In this document: positions 8,545-17,319 of the stretch, one piece after another
Numbering within the stretch: the stretch's first letter is position 1
How the letters are laid out: each line of letters starts with the position of its first letter
Source of the DNA: Clostridiales bacterium
Lineage (GTDB): Bacteria; Bacillota; Clostridia; TANB77; CAG-508
Assembly: GCA_003507395.1 (NCBI GenBank)
Contig: DNVW01000003.1
Location: 3,947-35,946 of the forward strand
DNA length: 32,000 nucleotides
Reading direction: 5' to 3'
Notes under the pieces: generated by a model
The model's database searches: none
The model's input: only the letters and a program-made list of their open reading frames with translations
What the model was told of the DNA's origin: nothing
Program-made: the position numbers and the translations under genes

Positions 8545-8931
8545 TTATAAAATATTTAATTTATAATAATTATTTTTGTAAAGATTCATTCTTTCCTCAT
8601 CATTTATATTACTTTTTACTTCATGATTTTCGTCTTCTAATTTAAATATTTTATTTAATTTTCTTAATAAAATTTCTTGTTTTGTATCTCTTATTAAGCA
8701 TGGAACTTTGTTATATCCTAGTGTTTTTGCTGCTAATAATCTTATTCCACCATCTAGAATATAGTACCCATTTTCTTTTTGAATAACTTCAAATGGTTTC
8801 TTAATTCCTTCCTTTTTTATTATCTCCATATATCTACAAACTTTTTCTAAATTTCTGCTACATATTGCGTTAGCTTTAATTCCTTTTATATCTTTTATTT
8901 GTATTTCTTTATATTCTTTATAAACTTTCAT
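8545..8931 (-). CDS. ParB N-terminal-domain (ParB/Srx-like) protein
   Basis: 128-aa ORF. YILDGGIRLLAAKTLG matches the ParB-box pattern (hhDGhhRhhAAhhLG). Confidence 0.7.
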   Translation of the reverse strand: MKVYKEYKEIQIKDIKGIKANAICSRNLEKVCRYMEIIKKEGIKKPFEVIQKENGYYILDGGIRLLAAKTLGYNKVPCLIRDTKQEILLRKLNKIFKLEDENHEVKSNINDEERMNLYKNNYYKLNIL

Positions 8932-9004
8932 ATTATCAATTCCTTTCTTTTTTCTATTTACTTTTTAAAATTTTTGTATTAAAATATAATTACAATCATT
9001 TAAG

Positions 9005-9841
9005 TTAGCATTTAGTTTGGTCGCTTGTGCTAGCTTTTTCTTTTATATTTTTTAGTGTTATTCCATAACACATTTGATACAATTTTGAGATAATTGCATC
9101 TACTAATTGTTCATCTTGACTTTGACTAAATCTTTCTATTAATCCCTGCTTATCAAATCTTGTTGTAATGATTATTGGTAATCTATTTTCGTTTCTATTT
9201 TCAATAATTGTATATAATTTTTCTAATGCCCAGTTACTAATTTTTTCCGTTCCCAGATCATCAATGATCATCATATCAACATTTGAATATAATTCTATTA
9301 ATTCATTTTCTGACTTTGTATTATCTCTAAAAGTTTCCTTTATCATGTCTAGTAAAGTTGTTAGTCTTCCCATTAATACAATCTTGTCATTTTCAATTAA
9401 TTTGTTAGCAATTGATGCTGCTAAATGTGTTTTTCCAAGTCCTGACTCGCCTGTTATTATCAGTCCTTTAGTTTGTACTTTTGTTATACATTTATTTGTA
9501 TAATCATTAGCAACTTTTACTGCTATTTCATTGCCTGAATTAATATTAAAATTTTCAAAGTTCAGATTTTGAAATTTTCTTTCATTATAGTTCTGTTTGT
9601 ATAGCTTGTTTATAACATCCCTAAAATGTTTTCTTTTCTGAATTTCATATTCTTGCTCATCTCTTCTTTTCCAATACTCTTGTGCTTTATTACAATCACA
9701 TCTTTCGTATTTAATTGCATCAGGAGAAATATTAGCATATAAATAATCAAGTCCTATTGGAGCTAATTCTTTGCCACAAAATTCACATTTTTTCAATTTA
9801 TTGTGTATAACTTCGCTACAATTTATATTGTCTAAAACCAT
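9005..9841 (-). CDS. DnaC/IstB-like AAA+ helicase-loader ATPase (element-borne)
   Basis: Walker A GESGLGKTH, Walker B MMIIDDLGTE, N-terminal Cys cluster (CEFCGK...CDC). Overlaps the upstream gene by 26 nt. Confidence 0.8.
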   Translation of the reverse strand: MVLDNINCSEVIHNKLKKCEFCGKELAPIGLDYLYANISPDAIKYERCDCNKAQEYWKRRDEQEYEIQKRKHFRDVINKLYKQNYNERKFQNLNFENFNINSGNEIAVKVANDYTNKCITKVQTKGLIITGESGLGKTHLAASIANKLIENDKIVLMGRLTTLLDMIKETFRDNTKSENELIELYSNVDMMIIDDLGTEKISNWALEKLYTIIENRNENRLPIIITTRFDKQGLIERFSQSQDEQLVDAIISKLYQMCYGITLKNIKEKASTSDQTKC

Positions 9842-10334
9842 TTTCGCTCTCCTCTCTTATATTTTCTTCTTTTTTATTTTCTATATCTTTTGTATTCTTT
9901 TCTTCTGCGTTACCTAACGTTTTGGTAACGTTACTTTTTTCATTTTCACTTTTATGCTTTTCACGAAATCTTCTTTGTCGTTCTCGACCTTGCATTTGAT
10001 ACTTTTCATATTTTTCAATACTTTGATACTTGTCCCAATTTTTTATCAGAAATGTTTCCCCTTCTTTTATTAACATTTCTAATTCTAGAAACTTTTTCAA
10101 AATCTTTTCAATTTTTTTATTAGATTTTCCCATAATCTTTGAAAAATTTTGAATTGTCATCGGATTATTCTCTCCTATTTCTAATCTTCCTTTATTATTA
10201 CATTCAACTGCTATCGCAATTAATTGAATCCACACTCTAAAATAAGTGTCTCCTTCAGGAAGTTTTAAAAGTATTTGAATTTTCCTGTTTGAAAATATAT
10301 TAGTTTCTGTTTTAAACCAAGGTAATTCATACAT
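9816..10334 (-). CDS. Phage/ICE replisome-organizer (DnaD-related) N-terminal domain protein
   Basis: 172-aa ORF. The N-terminus MYELPWFKTETNIFSNRKIQILL...GDTYFRVWIQLI is typical of replisome-organizer proteins. Sits immediately upstream of the DnaC-like gene. Confidence 0.65.
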   Translation of the reverse strand: MYELPWFKTETNIFSNRKIQILLKLPEGDTYFRVWIQLIAIAVECNNKGRLEIGENNPMTIQNFSKIMGKSNKKIEKILKKFLELEMLIKEGETFLIKNWDKYQSIEKYEKYQMQGRERQRRFREKHKSENEKSNVTKTLGNAEEKNTKDIENKKEENIREESENGFRQYKL

Positions 10335-10360
10335 ATCCTCCTTTCCTCACTTTCCATCAA

Positions 10361-10561
10361 TTAATATTTAATTGATTCTTTTTCTTTGCTACTTAGATAT
10401 TCATCTAATGCTTGAACTCTAAATAGAAATTTTCCACCAACTTTAGAGCATGGTATTTGTTTTCTTCTTACTAATTGATTAATTAACCAATAAGAAATTC
10501 CTAAATACTCTGCTGCTTCTTTCATTGTTAGTGTAGTTCTTTGAACTTTTTGTAATTCCAT
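10361..10561 (-). CDS. Excisionase-family helix-turn-helix DNA-binding protein
   Basis: 66 aa. LTMKEAAEYLGISYWLINQLVRRKQIPCSKVGGKFLF is the canonical Xis/MerR-type HTH pattern. Confidence 0.75.
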   Translation of the reverse strand: MELQKVQRTTLTMKEAAEYLGISYWLINQLVRRKQIPCSKVGGKFLFRVQALDEYLSSKEKESIKY

Positions 10562-10641
10562 ACATATCCCTCCTTTTCTTTAAGTTTATTCGGTTATAAG
10601 CCTTCGTTAACAAGTTTTATGTATTTTTTCTTGTTAACTAA

Positions 10642-10670
10642 TTGTATATTACCACAATTTATGGTAAAAT
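10642..10670 (+). promoter_or_regulatory. Promoter candidate for the 10749 gene, overlapped by TTGTTAAC operator-like motifs
   Basis: TTGTAT (10642-10647), 17 nt spacer, TGgTAAAAT extended -10 (10662-10670). Confidence 0.45.
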
Positions 10671-10748
10671 CCTATTGGATTAATTAAATTTTGTTATCAA
10701 AACGCAACTTTTGTGAATTTCGCAATTTGTTAACAAGGAGGATTTGAT

Positions 10749-12005
10749 ATGGAAAGAAAAAATGAAATTAGAATTTCTTTTGAAACAATTAATTTATCTC
10801 AAGTATTTATACACACTGCAGGTTCTTACATGAGTAAACCTATCAGCAAAAACAATAACAAATACTTAGCTAATTTAAGAACTGTTCCAGATGATGAAAG
10901 ATTTGGTTCATTAGTTTTAGAGCTTGAAAATGCAAGTTCAAAAGAAGAACAAGAAAGAATAATAAATGAATTAAAAGCAATTGTGGAAATAGATGAAACT
11001 GCAACTGCTGAACCTCTAACTTTTAATCATGACATTGAAAGTTTAAAAGGATATATTGTATTTGAACCAGAAACTGCAATAGAACACTATGATCTTAATC
11101 TATTAGATTTTATAAGTTATGATTTTGATGTATTTAATGATTACTTATTATTTTTTATTAATTTTTTCGATTATTTTATTGATACATTGGATAGCGAAGA
11201 TATAAATAGAATTGAACTAGATACTTTATATCCTGTATCAGAAATTGTCGAAATTGCAAAAAAATATTATAAAAAAGAAAAGGGTAATTTAATTTATCAT
11301 CAAAGTCTCTTTAAAAAATGTATCAACTTTATTTATTGTATTAATAATCCTTTTGAAAAAGATATTGAAGATTTGACAGCTAAGCAAAAATTCTTTTTGT
11401 ATAACTCTTTATATCAAGATACATTTAAGGAATTTTCGCACGATTTTCATACTACAGATTTATTAGAATATCAGTATAATAATTTTCCTATGAAAAAAGA
11501 AGATATTCAGTTAGAAGATGTATATACCTTAATTTCTACTATAAAAGATTTTGATCCTAGTGGTAGACATATAAGTAATTTACATCAGTTTGTAACTAAT
11601 AATATCTTTACTGCTCTTTATATTACTTTATTTTATGTAGTATCTATCAATAAATTACATATTAAAATTTGTGGAAATTGTAACAGATATTTTTTAACTC
11701 CTAAAAAAAATGTTACATATTGTGACAGAATAGCTGAAGATGCCTTAACTTGTAAAGATATTGGAAGTATTGAACAACAAAAAAGAAAATTAGAATCTAA
11801 ACCTGTATATAAAAAACATAGACGTATTCAACAAATAAAATGCGTGTATGCAGGACGATATAAAGACGAACCTTTCTATAAAAATGATTATGAAACATTT
11901 AACAAAATAGCTAATCAGTTTAAAGATGATATAAAAAAAGGAAAAGCTACTGAAGAAGAATTTGATAAATGGTTAGATACACAAGATAAAACAAGGCAGG
12001 ATTAA
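10749..12005 (+). CDS. Hypothetical protein with C-terminal Cys cluster (CGNCNRYF...YCDR...CKD)
   Basis: 418-aa ORF. AAGGAGG SD lies 7 nt before the ATG. Divergent from the Xis-like gene. No family confidently recognised. Confidence 0.65.
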   Translation: MERKNEIRISFETINLSQVFIHTAGSYMSKPISKNNNKYLANLRTVPDDERFGSLVLELENASSKEEQERIINELKAIVEIDETATAEPLTFNHDIESLKGYIVFEPETAIEHYDLNLLDFISYDFDVFNDYLLFFINFFDYFIDTLDSEDINRIELDTLYPVSEIVEIAKKYYKKEKGNLIYHQSLFKKCINFIYCINNPFEKDIEDLTAKQKFFLYNSLYQDTFKEFSHDFHTTDLLEYQYNNFPMKKEDIQLEDVYTLISTIKDFDPSGRHISNLHQFVTNNIFTALYITLFYVVSINKLHIKICGNCNRYFLTPKKNVTYCDRIAEDALTCKDIGSIEQQKRKLESKPVYKKHRRIQQIKCVYAGRYKDEPFYKNDYETFNKIANQFKDDIKKGKATEEEFDKWLDTQDKTRQD

Positions 12006-12015
12006 TTCCTGCCTT
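11993..12015. terminator. Bidirectional terminator between convergent genes
   Basis: Perfect 9-bp stem AAGGCAGGA (11993-12001) / TCCTGCCTT (12007-12015). The stop codon lies in the loop. A T-run follows. Confidence 0.55.
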
Positions 12016-12031
12016 TAATCATTTTTTTGTA

Positions 12032-12940
12032 TTATATAATAATATCTTCATCTCTTTTATAAATTGCTATCTTTCTAAAATTATCATCTTTATATTCGTA
12101 GGCTGCATCTATTGCACAACATATCTCGTATTTACTAATTGATTTTGGATTGTTTGTTTCAAATTCTTTTTCCGAATACACTCCTATTATTATATTAAAT
12201 TGTTTTAATATTTTTTTATATAAGTCTTCTCTAATATAAAAATATGTACTATCTGAATCAAATGGAGACTGTATTGTTGCTATTCCTGTATCATCATAAT
12301 ATATCCCTGAATAATCATATCTTAAATTTAATAATTTAATAATATCATATTTTAATAGCATATACGTTCTATTTTTATCCTCATTTGTTATTCCTATATT
12401 AGAACAATCATATTCGCTCTCTATATAGCATTCTTTCCATATCTCTTCAACATTTCTTTCTTCATCAGGTAACATTAATTCATCAACCCCTGTATTTATT
12501 TCATACAGATTATATCTATAATAGGTTGTTCCAGAGCTCATAGATACATTATTTAATTCTGATTTACCATAATTTGTTATATTGTTATTTTTTAATGTAT
12601 TCAATCTATAAAAGCATTTCTTTTCGTTTAATTTATTTTTTATCATTTCTGAAATATGAATAGGTATGAAAGTTTTACCATCAAATTCGATTTTTTTCAA
12701 ACAATCTAAAACATTTATATTATCATATGTCTGATTGAATTTTTCTTGTTCCCAATTGATTTTTGCTTCTTTAATTCTTTTAATATATAAATCATAGAAA
12801 TCATAAACCACTTGCGGTTGATTTTTATATTGTAAAGTATCTATATCAATATCTACAAAATCATAATAGTCCTGCCATGCATCCTTTTTCACTTGCAAAT
12901 TAGTCATACACTCTCCAAGTAACTCAAAAAAGCAATCCAT
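12032..12940 (-). CDS. Unknown 302-aa ORF: either a separate partner (probable start M12 at 12907) or the displaced C-terminus of the STAND protein
   Basis: The ORF overlaps the upstream gene by 37 nt. An ATGA stop/start overlap lies at 12904-12907. An A6 run (12926-12931) inside the overlap would fuse the frames with a 1-nt change. No catalytic motif recognised. Confidence 0.65.
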   Translation of the reverse strand: MDCFFELLGECMTNLQVKKDAWQDYYDFVDIDIDTLQYKNQPQVVYDFYDLYIKRIKEAKINWEQEKFNQTYDNINVLDCLKKIEFDGKTFIPIHISEMIKNKLNEKKCFYRLNTLKNNNITNYGKSELNNVSMSSGTTYYRYNLYEINTGVDELMLPDEERNVEEIWKECYIESEYDCSNIGITNEDKNRTYMLLKYDIIKLLNLRYDYSGIYYDDTGIATIQSPFDSDSTYFYIREDLYKKILKQFNIIIGVYSEKEFETNNPKSISKYEICCAIDAAYEYKDDNFRKIAIYKRDEDIII

Positions 12941-15720
12941 TGATATTTTTTTCCAATTCTTTCAATCCTATGTTCATGTCTATCATAGCTATATCTATTT
13001 TTATCATAATTCTCAATTTTTTTGTTGTATCCCAAATCAAACATCTTCTTTAATATTATTGCCATATATAATTCTTCTTGTATTTCTTTATTTTTGCATT
13101 TTTCTATATTAGTATTAAGATTATTTAGCTTTTCTTTTTTTCTTTTTCCTAAAGAATTATTAAATAAAGTTTCATATTTATTAGTATTATTTATAGATAT
13201 TTCTAATATCTTGTTTATATCATAGTTTACTTCTTCATACATCTTCCTTTTATTTATTTCTATTTGTTTAGAAGTAATTATCATTTTCTCATATAAATAT
13301 TTTTGTCTTGTAGTTAAGCTAGATATTAATTCTTGTTTTTCTTTTTTTAATATATCATAAACTTTTTTGTCGTAATAAATAAAATCTTTCATTCTAGACT
13401 CAACTATATATCTTGCAAAATCACCCATATGAGACATAGAAAACATTACATTGTTATACTTTCCTGTTTTATTTAGTAATTTATAAAAATCTCTTTTTGA
13501 AATATATTCTATCGTCAATGTTGGTTTTTTACATATATTATTAAAATTCTTTTTAGTCTTTATGATTTTTCTATCATAGCATAAATGATTTAATAACATT
13601 AGATAATGTCTTATTCTTGTATTAGAGATTTGTTTTGAGCAAAATATTTGTCTTATTTTATGATAATGTATTTTTAATAAATCATTATCCTTATTTAATA
13701 TATGTGCACTATGTATGCAACATAAAAATCTTTCTACAATGTATTGATCATCTACACTAGATATTATATCAATTAGTTCATCTATCAACGTTAAATCTGA
13801 TACAAAAAATGCTGTAAGTGCTTTACTAGACTTATCTCTTATTTCTCTATCAGAAACACTTAGCATCCAAAAAAATAGTTGCACAAAATTTTGCTTTAAA
13901 TTGTAATTAAATTTACTAAGGTCTGCATAGTATGGGATCTTCGAAATACTTATTATTCTTGTCCTTATTATATCAATATTTAAAAAATCCTTTAAGTACA
14001 TATCTCTTATATTATTTTTTAATTTTCTCATTAAATTTGAGAAATAATACACTGCATTTAAGGGGTGATATGTTACTAGCATACTAGATGAAAGAGTTAT
14101 CATCCAATCAAAGAAATCTTCTTCATTTAGATTTGCTGACTTAATATAACCTAAAATTTCTTTTTGCCTAGCTTTTATATTTTCTCCAAAAGATTCTTTC
14201 GATCTATATCTCAATCCTAGTAAATAGCTATAATTAAAACTATATAGTATTGTATCATCATAAAATTCAAATAATTCTTTTCCTGTGCGTATAGGAATAT
14301 GCTCTACCAACGTTTCTACCAAAGACATATTATCCTCTAACATTTTTATAGTAGTTTTTTTATTTAAAAAATCGTTCCATGATTCACTTTCATCTTTTGT
14401 ATTTAATAGATATCTAGCTATTAAATAGTCTGATTGCCTTTGAAATGAAAACTTATATGTAATTCTTCTTTGATTATTTCCTATGTACATATTATTAGCT
14501 TCTATAAGTTTGTGTACTACTAGCTTTTCTATTATTTTGGCTGAACTAATATTCAAATTTAAATTGTCAACAATTGATACAAATTCTTTTACGAACAAGT
14601 ATGTTCGACACTGTTTTACCATTAATTGAGCTATTTCTTTAGCAATTTTATTCCAAAAAATTTTCCCCGTAATTACACTTCCATCATTACAAACCACTCC
14701 TAATTCGTTAATAATATTTTGACTTATTCTTGTAAAATACCTTTCGAAAATAAAAGTTGCAGTATTATATCCCCTTTGTCCTTTAGTTTGTCCTTTTTCT
14801 GAATATTCTTCGCAAAAGATTTTTAATATTAGTGGATTACTAGCATAATTACTTTCTAAGATTTCTCCTATTTCAATGTTATAATATTCACTAAATTTAA
14901 CAGCAGCTTCAACAGCATCGGAAAATCCATATAAAGTTATATTAGGATAATTGTTTAGAATTGACAAAGTTTGTTGCTCTACATCACCATTTCTATATGA
15001 AATTATTAACTTAATATTTTTTTCTTTTATATTATTAATTAAATATTCTATTATGTCTTTTTGATTTTGACGTGCCTCGTTAATTGCATCAAAAATAATA
15101 ATTCCAGTTTCATTATTTTGTTCAGCAACTTTAGCTATTTCTTCAAACAAATCTCCTATTTTCATTTTTTGTTCAATATACTTTATATATTCTTCAAATT
15201 TATATATAGCCTGCCCATAAAAAATAATAGTAGGAACATCATTATTAATTAAATCATTAGCAATTTTAGTCAATAAATGAGTTTTTCCAGTTCCTCCATC
15301 TCCATTTACCACTATAACCTGACTTTTTATATATTCTTTTATTTTATATAAATTATTATTTACTCGTGATAATTCATATAGTCTATTATTACTTTCATTA
15401 TCATTTTCTTCAGATTTATTATTTCTTAAAAAGTCTATAGCCTTTTCATTTTCTTTTACCAAATCATCTACGTTGCTATTATCTTTATAAAAGCATATGT
15501 TAAGTTTTGATTCTAATTCTTCGATATCTTTATAACCACATCTTTCTATATATTTATATATACTTTCTAATTTTTCTTTAATTTTATCTTTAAAGTCTTT
15601 CGTAAGCAAAGAATCTACCAATATTTTATTTTCGGGAGATTCTACATTTATTTCTGTTACTAATTTTTCTCGTATTTCTTTATTACTTTCTTCTATAAAT
15701 GATTTTAATTTTTCTATCAA
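12904..15720 (-). CDS. STAND/NACHT-like P-loop NTPase, large helical C-terminal region (candidate defence sensor)
   Basis: 938-aa ORF. Walker A GDGGTGKT (nt 15280-15303, verified). Walker B-like GIIIFDAINE (nt 15076-15102). About 135 aa of helical N-terminus and about 700 aa downstream with no recognised enzymatic motif. Confidence 0.8.
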   Translation of the reverse strand: MIEKLKSFIEESNKEIREKLVTEINVESPENKILVDSLLTKDFKDKIKEKLESIYKYIERCGYKDIEELESKLNICFYKDNSNVDDLVKENEKAIDFLRNNKSEENDNESNNRLYELSRVNNNLYKIKEYIKSQVIVVNGDGGTGKTHLLTKIANDLINNDVPTIIFYGQAIYKFEEYIKYIEQKMKIGDLFEEIAKVAEQNNETGIIIFDAINEARQNQKDIIEYLINNIKEKNIKLIISYRNGDVEQQTLSILNNYPNITLYGFSDAVEAAVKFSEYYNIEIGEILESNYASNPLILKIFCEEYSEKGQTKGQRGYNTATFIFERYFTRISQNIINELGVVCNDGSVITGKIFWNKIAKEIAQLMVKQCRTYLFVKEFVSIVDNLNLNISSAKIIEKLVVHKLIEANNMYIGNNQRRITYKFSFQRQSDYLIARYLLNTKDESESWNDFLNKKTTIKMLEDNMSLVETLVEHIPIRTGKELFEFYDDTILYSFNYSYLLGLRYRSKESFGENIKARQKEILGYIKSANLNEEDFFDWMITLSSSMLVTYHPLNAVYYFSNLMRKLKNNIRDMYLKDFLNIDIIRTRIISISKIPYYADLSKFNYNLKQNFVQLFFWMLSVSDREIRDKSSKALTAFFVSDLTLIDELIDIISSVDDQYIVERFLCCIHSAHILNKDNDLLKIHYHKIRQIFCSKQISNTRIRHYLMLLNHLCYDRKIIKTKKNFNNICKKPTLTIEYISKRDFYKLLNKTGKYNNVMFSMSHMGDFARYIVESRMKDFIYYDKKVYDILKKEKQELISSLTTRQKYLYEKMIITSKQIEINKRKMYEEVNYDINKILEISINNTNKYETLFNNSLGKRKKEKLNNLNTNIEKCKNKEIQEELYMAIILKKMFDLGYNKKIENYDKNRYSYDRHEHRIERIGKKYQWIAFLSYLESV

Positions 15721-15879
15721 ATTATATAACCTCCTTAATAAATATTGCCACTTTTAAACATAAGTTTATAAATTTTTTAAAATTTTATGTTTTTCTTCAT
15801 AAATTACTCATATATTATACCTTATTCTTTTTATTTAATAAATAATTTTAAGAATATTTGATTATTTTAATGACATGTA

Positions 15880-15908
15880 TTGCAATTTGTTATCATTTAT
15901 TATATAAT
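15880..15908 (+). promoter_or_regulatory. Integrase promoter candidate with operator-like motif in the spacer
   Basis: TTGCAA (15880-15885), 17 nt spacer, TATAAT (15903-15908). The spacer contains CAATTTGTTATCA, related to the motif at 10722-10736. Confidence 0.5.
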
Positions 15909-15977
15909 TCATATTGTTAACAGATATATTAACTCTCTCCCACCCATAGGTATGCCTGAAAGGAGGTGGAAAAGGTA

Positions 15978-17174
15978 ATGGCTGGGAGTATTGAAAAAAG
16001 AGGAAAGAATAGTTACAGATTAGTTTGCCTTGCTGGATATGACTTGCAAGGACGACCTATTAAGAAAACCAAAACAATACACGGAACAAAAAAGGATGCT
16101 GAAATAGAACTTGCTAAATTTGTTGCTGATGTTCAAAACGGTCTTGTAATTGAGGGTAAATCTCTTAAATTTTCTGAATTTACTGACATATGGAAAAGAG
16201 ATTATGGTTCAAAAGAACTTGCACCTTCAACTTACAAAAGATATTGTAGAATGTTAGAAACAAGAATTTTACCATACTTTGGACATTTCTATATTAACAA
16301 AATTAAACCTACTGATATCATGCAATTCTATGATTTACTTAGTAGAGATACACAATTAGTTAGAAAGAAAAGCAACAATGGAAAGAAAACTCTAAAACCC
16401 TTATCTGGTAAGACTATATTAGAACATCACAGATTACTTCGTGCAATGCTACACAAAGCTATATATTGGCAATTGATTGTATCTAACCCTGCAGAACGTG
16501 TTCAACCACCAAAAGCAATGAAACCAAAAAGACGATACTATGATGATGAGCAATGTAAAGTATTATTAGAAAATTTGACAACACTTGGCGAAGATCAAAC
16601 CAAATACAAAGTTGCAATCATTCTAACAGTATTTACTGGTGTAAGACTTGGTGAGCTAATGGGATTAGAATGGCAAGATGTTGATTTTAAAACTGGAATT
16701 ATAAGTATAAATCGTTCAAGTCAATATTTAGCAGACAAAGGTGTATTTACAAAAACACCTAAAACAGAAAGCTCTATCAGAGAAGTAGCAATTCCAGATT
16801 TCGTGATTTCTCTTCTTAGGCAATATAAGTTATGGTATGAAGAACAAAAATCCATTTATGGCGAATTATGGACTGATTCTAATAGGTTATTTGTACAAGC
16901 TGATGGCAAACCTATGCACCCTTCAACAATAAGCAAATGGTTTGTAAAATATGTTGCACAAATAGGACTACCTGTAATTAACTTTCACGGATTAAGACAC
17001 ACAAATGCTACACTTTTAATATCACAAAACATTGATGTAGCAGTTGTAGCAGCAAGACTAGGACATGCACAAATTACAACAACATTTAACTTTTACGTGC
17101 ATCCTATTATTTCTCACAATAGACAAGCAGGAAGTGTTTTAGAAAACTTGCTACTACCACAAAAATTAGTCTAA
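15978..17174 (+). CDS. Tyrosine site-specific integrase (phage-integrase family)
   Basis: The track start 15966 is a GTG inside the AGGAGGTGG SD. The ATG at 15978 gives MAGSIEKRGKNSYRL (typical arm-binding N-terminus). Catalytic residues: R in GVRLGEL, HGLRHT, LGHAQ...FNFYVH (Y). Confidence 0.9.
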   Translation: MAGSIEKRGKNSYRLVCLAGYDLQGRPIKKTKTIHGTKKDAEIELAKFVADVQNGLVIEGKSLKFSEFTDIWKRDYGSKELAPSTYKRYCRMLETRILPYFGHFYINKIKPTDIMQFYDLLSRDTQLVRKKSNNGKKTLKPLSGKTILEHHRLLRAMLHKAIYWQLIVSNPAERVQPPKAMKPKRRYYDDEQCKVLLENLTTLGEDQTKYKVAIILTVFTGVRLGELMGLEWQDVDFKTGIISINRSSQYLADKGVFTKTPKTESSIREVAIPDFVISLLRQYKLWYEEQKSIYGELWTDSNRLFVQADGKPMHPSTISKWFVKYVAQIGLPVINFHGLRHTNATLLISQNIDVAVVAARLGHAQITTTFNFYVHPIISHNRQAGSVLENLLLPQKLV

Positions 17175-17233
17175 AATCTTTTTTCAGATTTCACTAAGGC
17201 AAATAAAAGCCATTAAACTTTTCACGAAAAAAA

Positions 17234-17279
17234 GTAAAAGACTACTAAATATTATTTTAGGTTTCCCATAGTCTTTTAC
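17234..17279 (+). terminator. Hairpin downstream of the integrase
   Basis: Perfect 11-bp arms GTAAAAGACTA (17234-17244) / TAGTCTTTTAC (17269-17279) with a 24-nt loop. The long loop makes terminator function uncertain. Confidence 0.35.
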
Positions 17280-17319
17280 TGAATATTTATTAGAAATATA
17301 AACATTTTATGAGGATTTC

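Noticed and set aside
12904-12940. Treating the 938/302-aa overlap simply as an annotation artefact of a too-long upstream start
   Set aside because: Not fully rejected. M12 at 12907 gives a clean ATGA coupling, so the two-gene model is viable. But the zero-frame T_TTT_TTG heptamer and the seamless read-through sequence are too specific to ignore, so both models are reported.
15966-15977. GTG start of the integrase ORF
   Set aside because: The GTG is part of the AGGAGGTGG Shine-Dalgarno sequence. The ATG at 15978 gives the usual MAGSI... integrase N-terminus.
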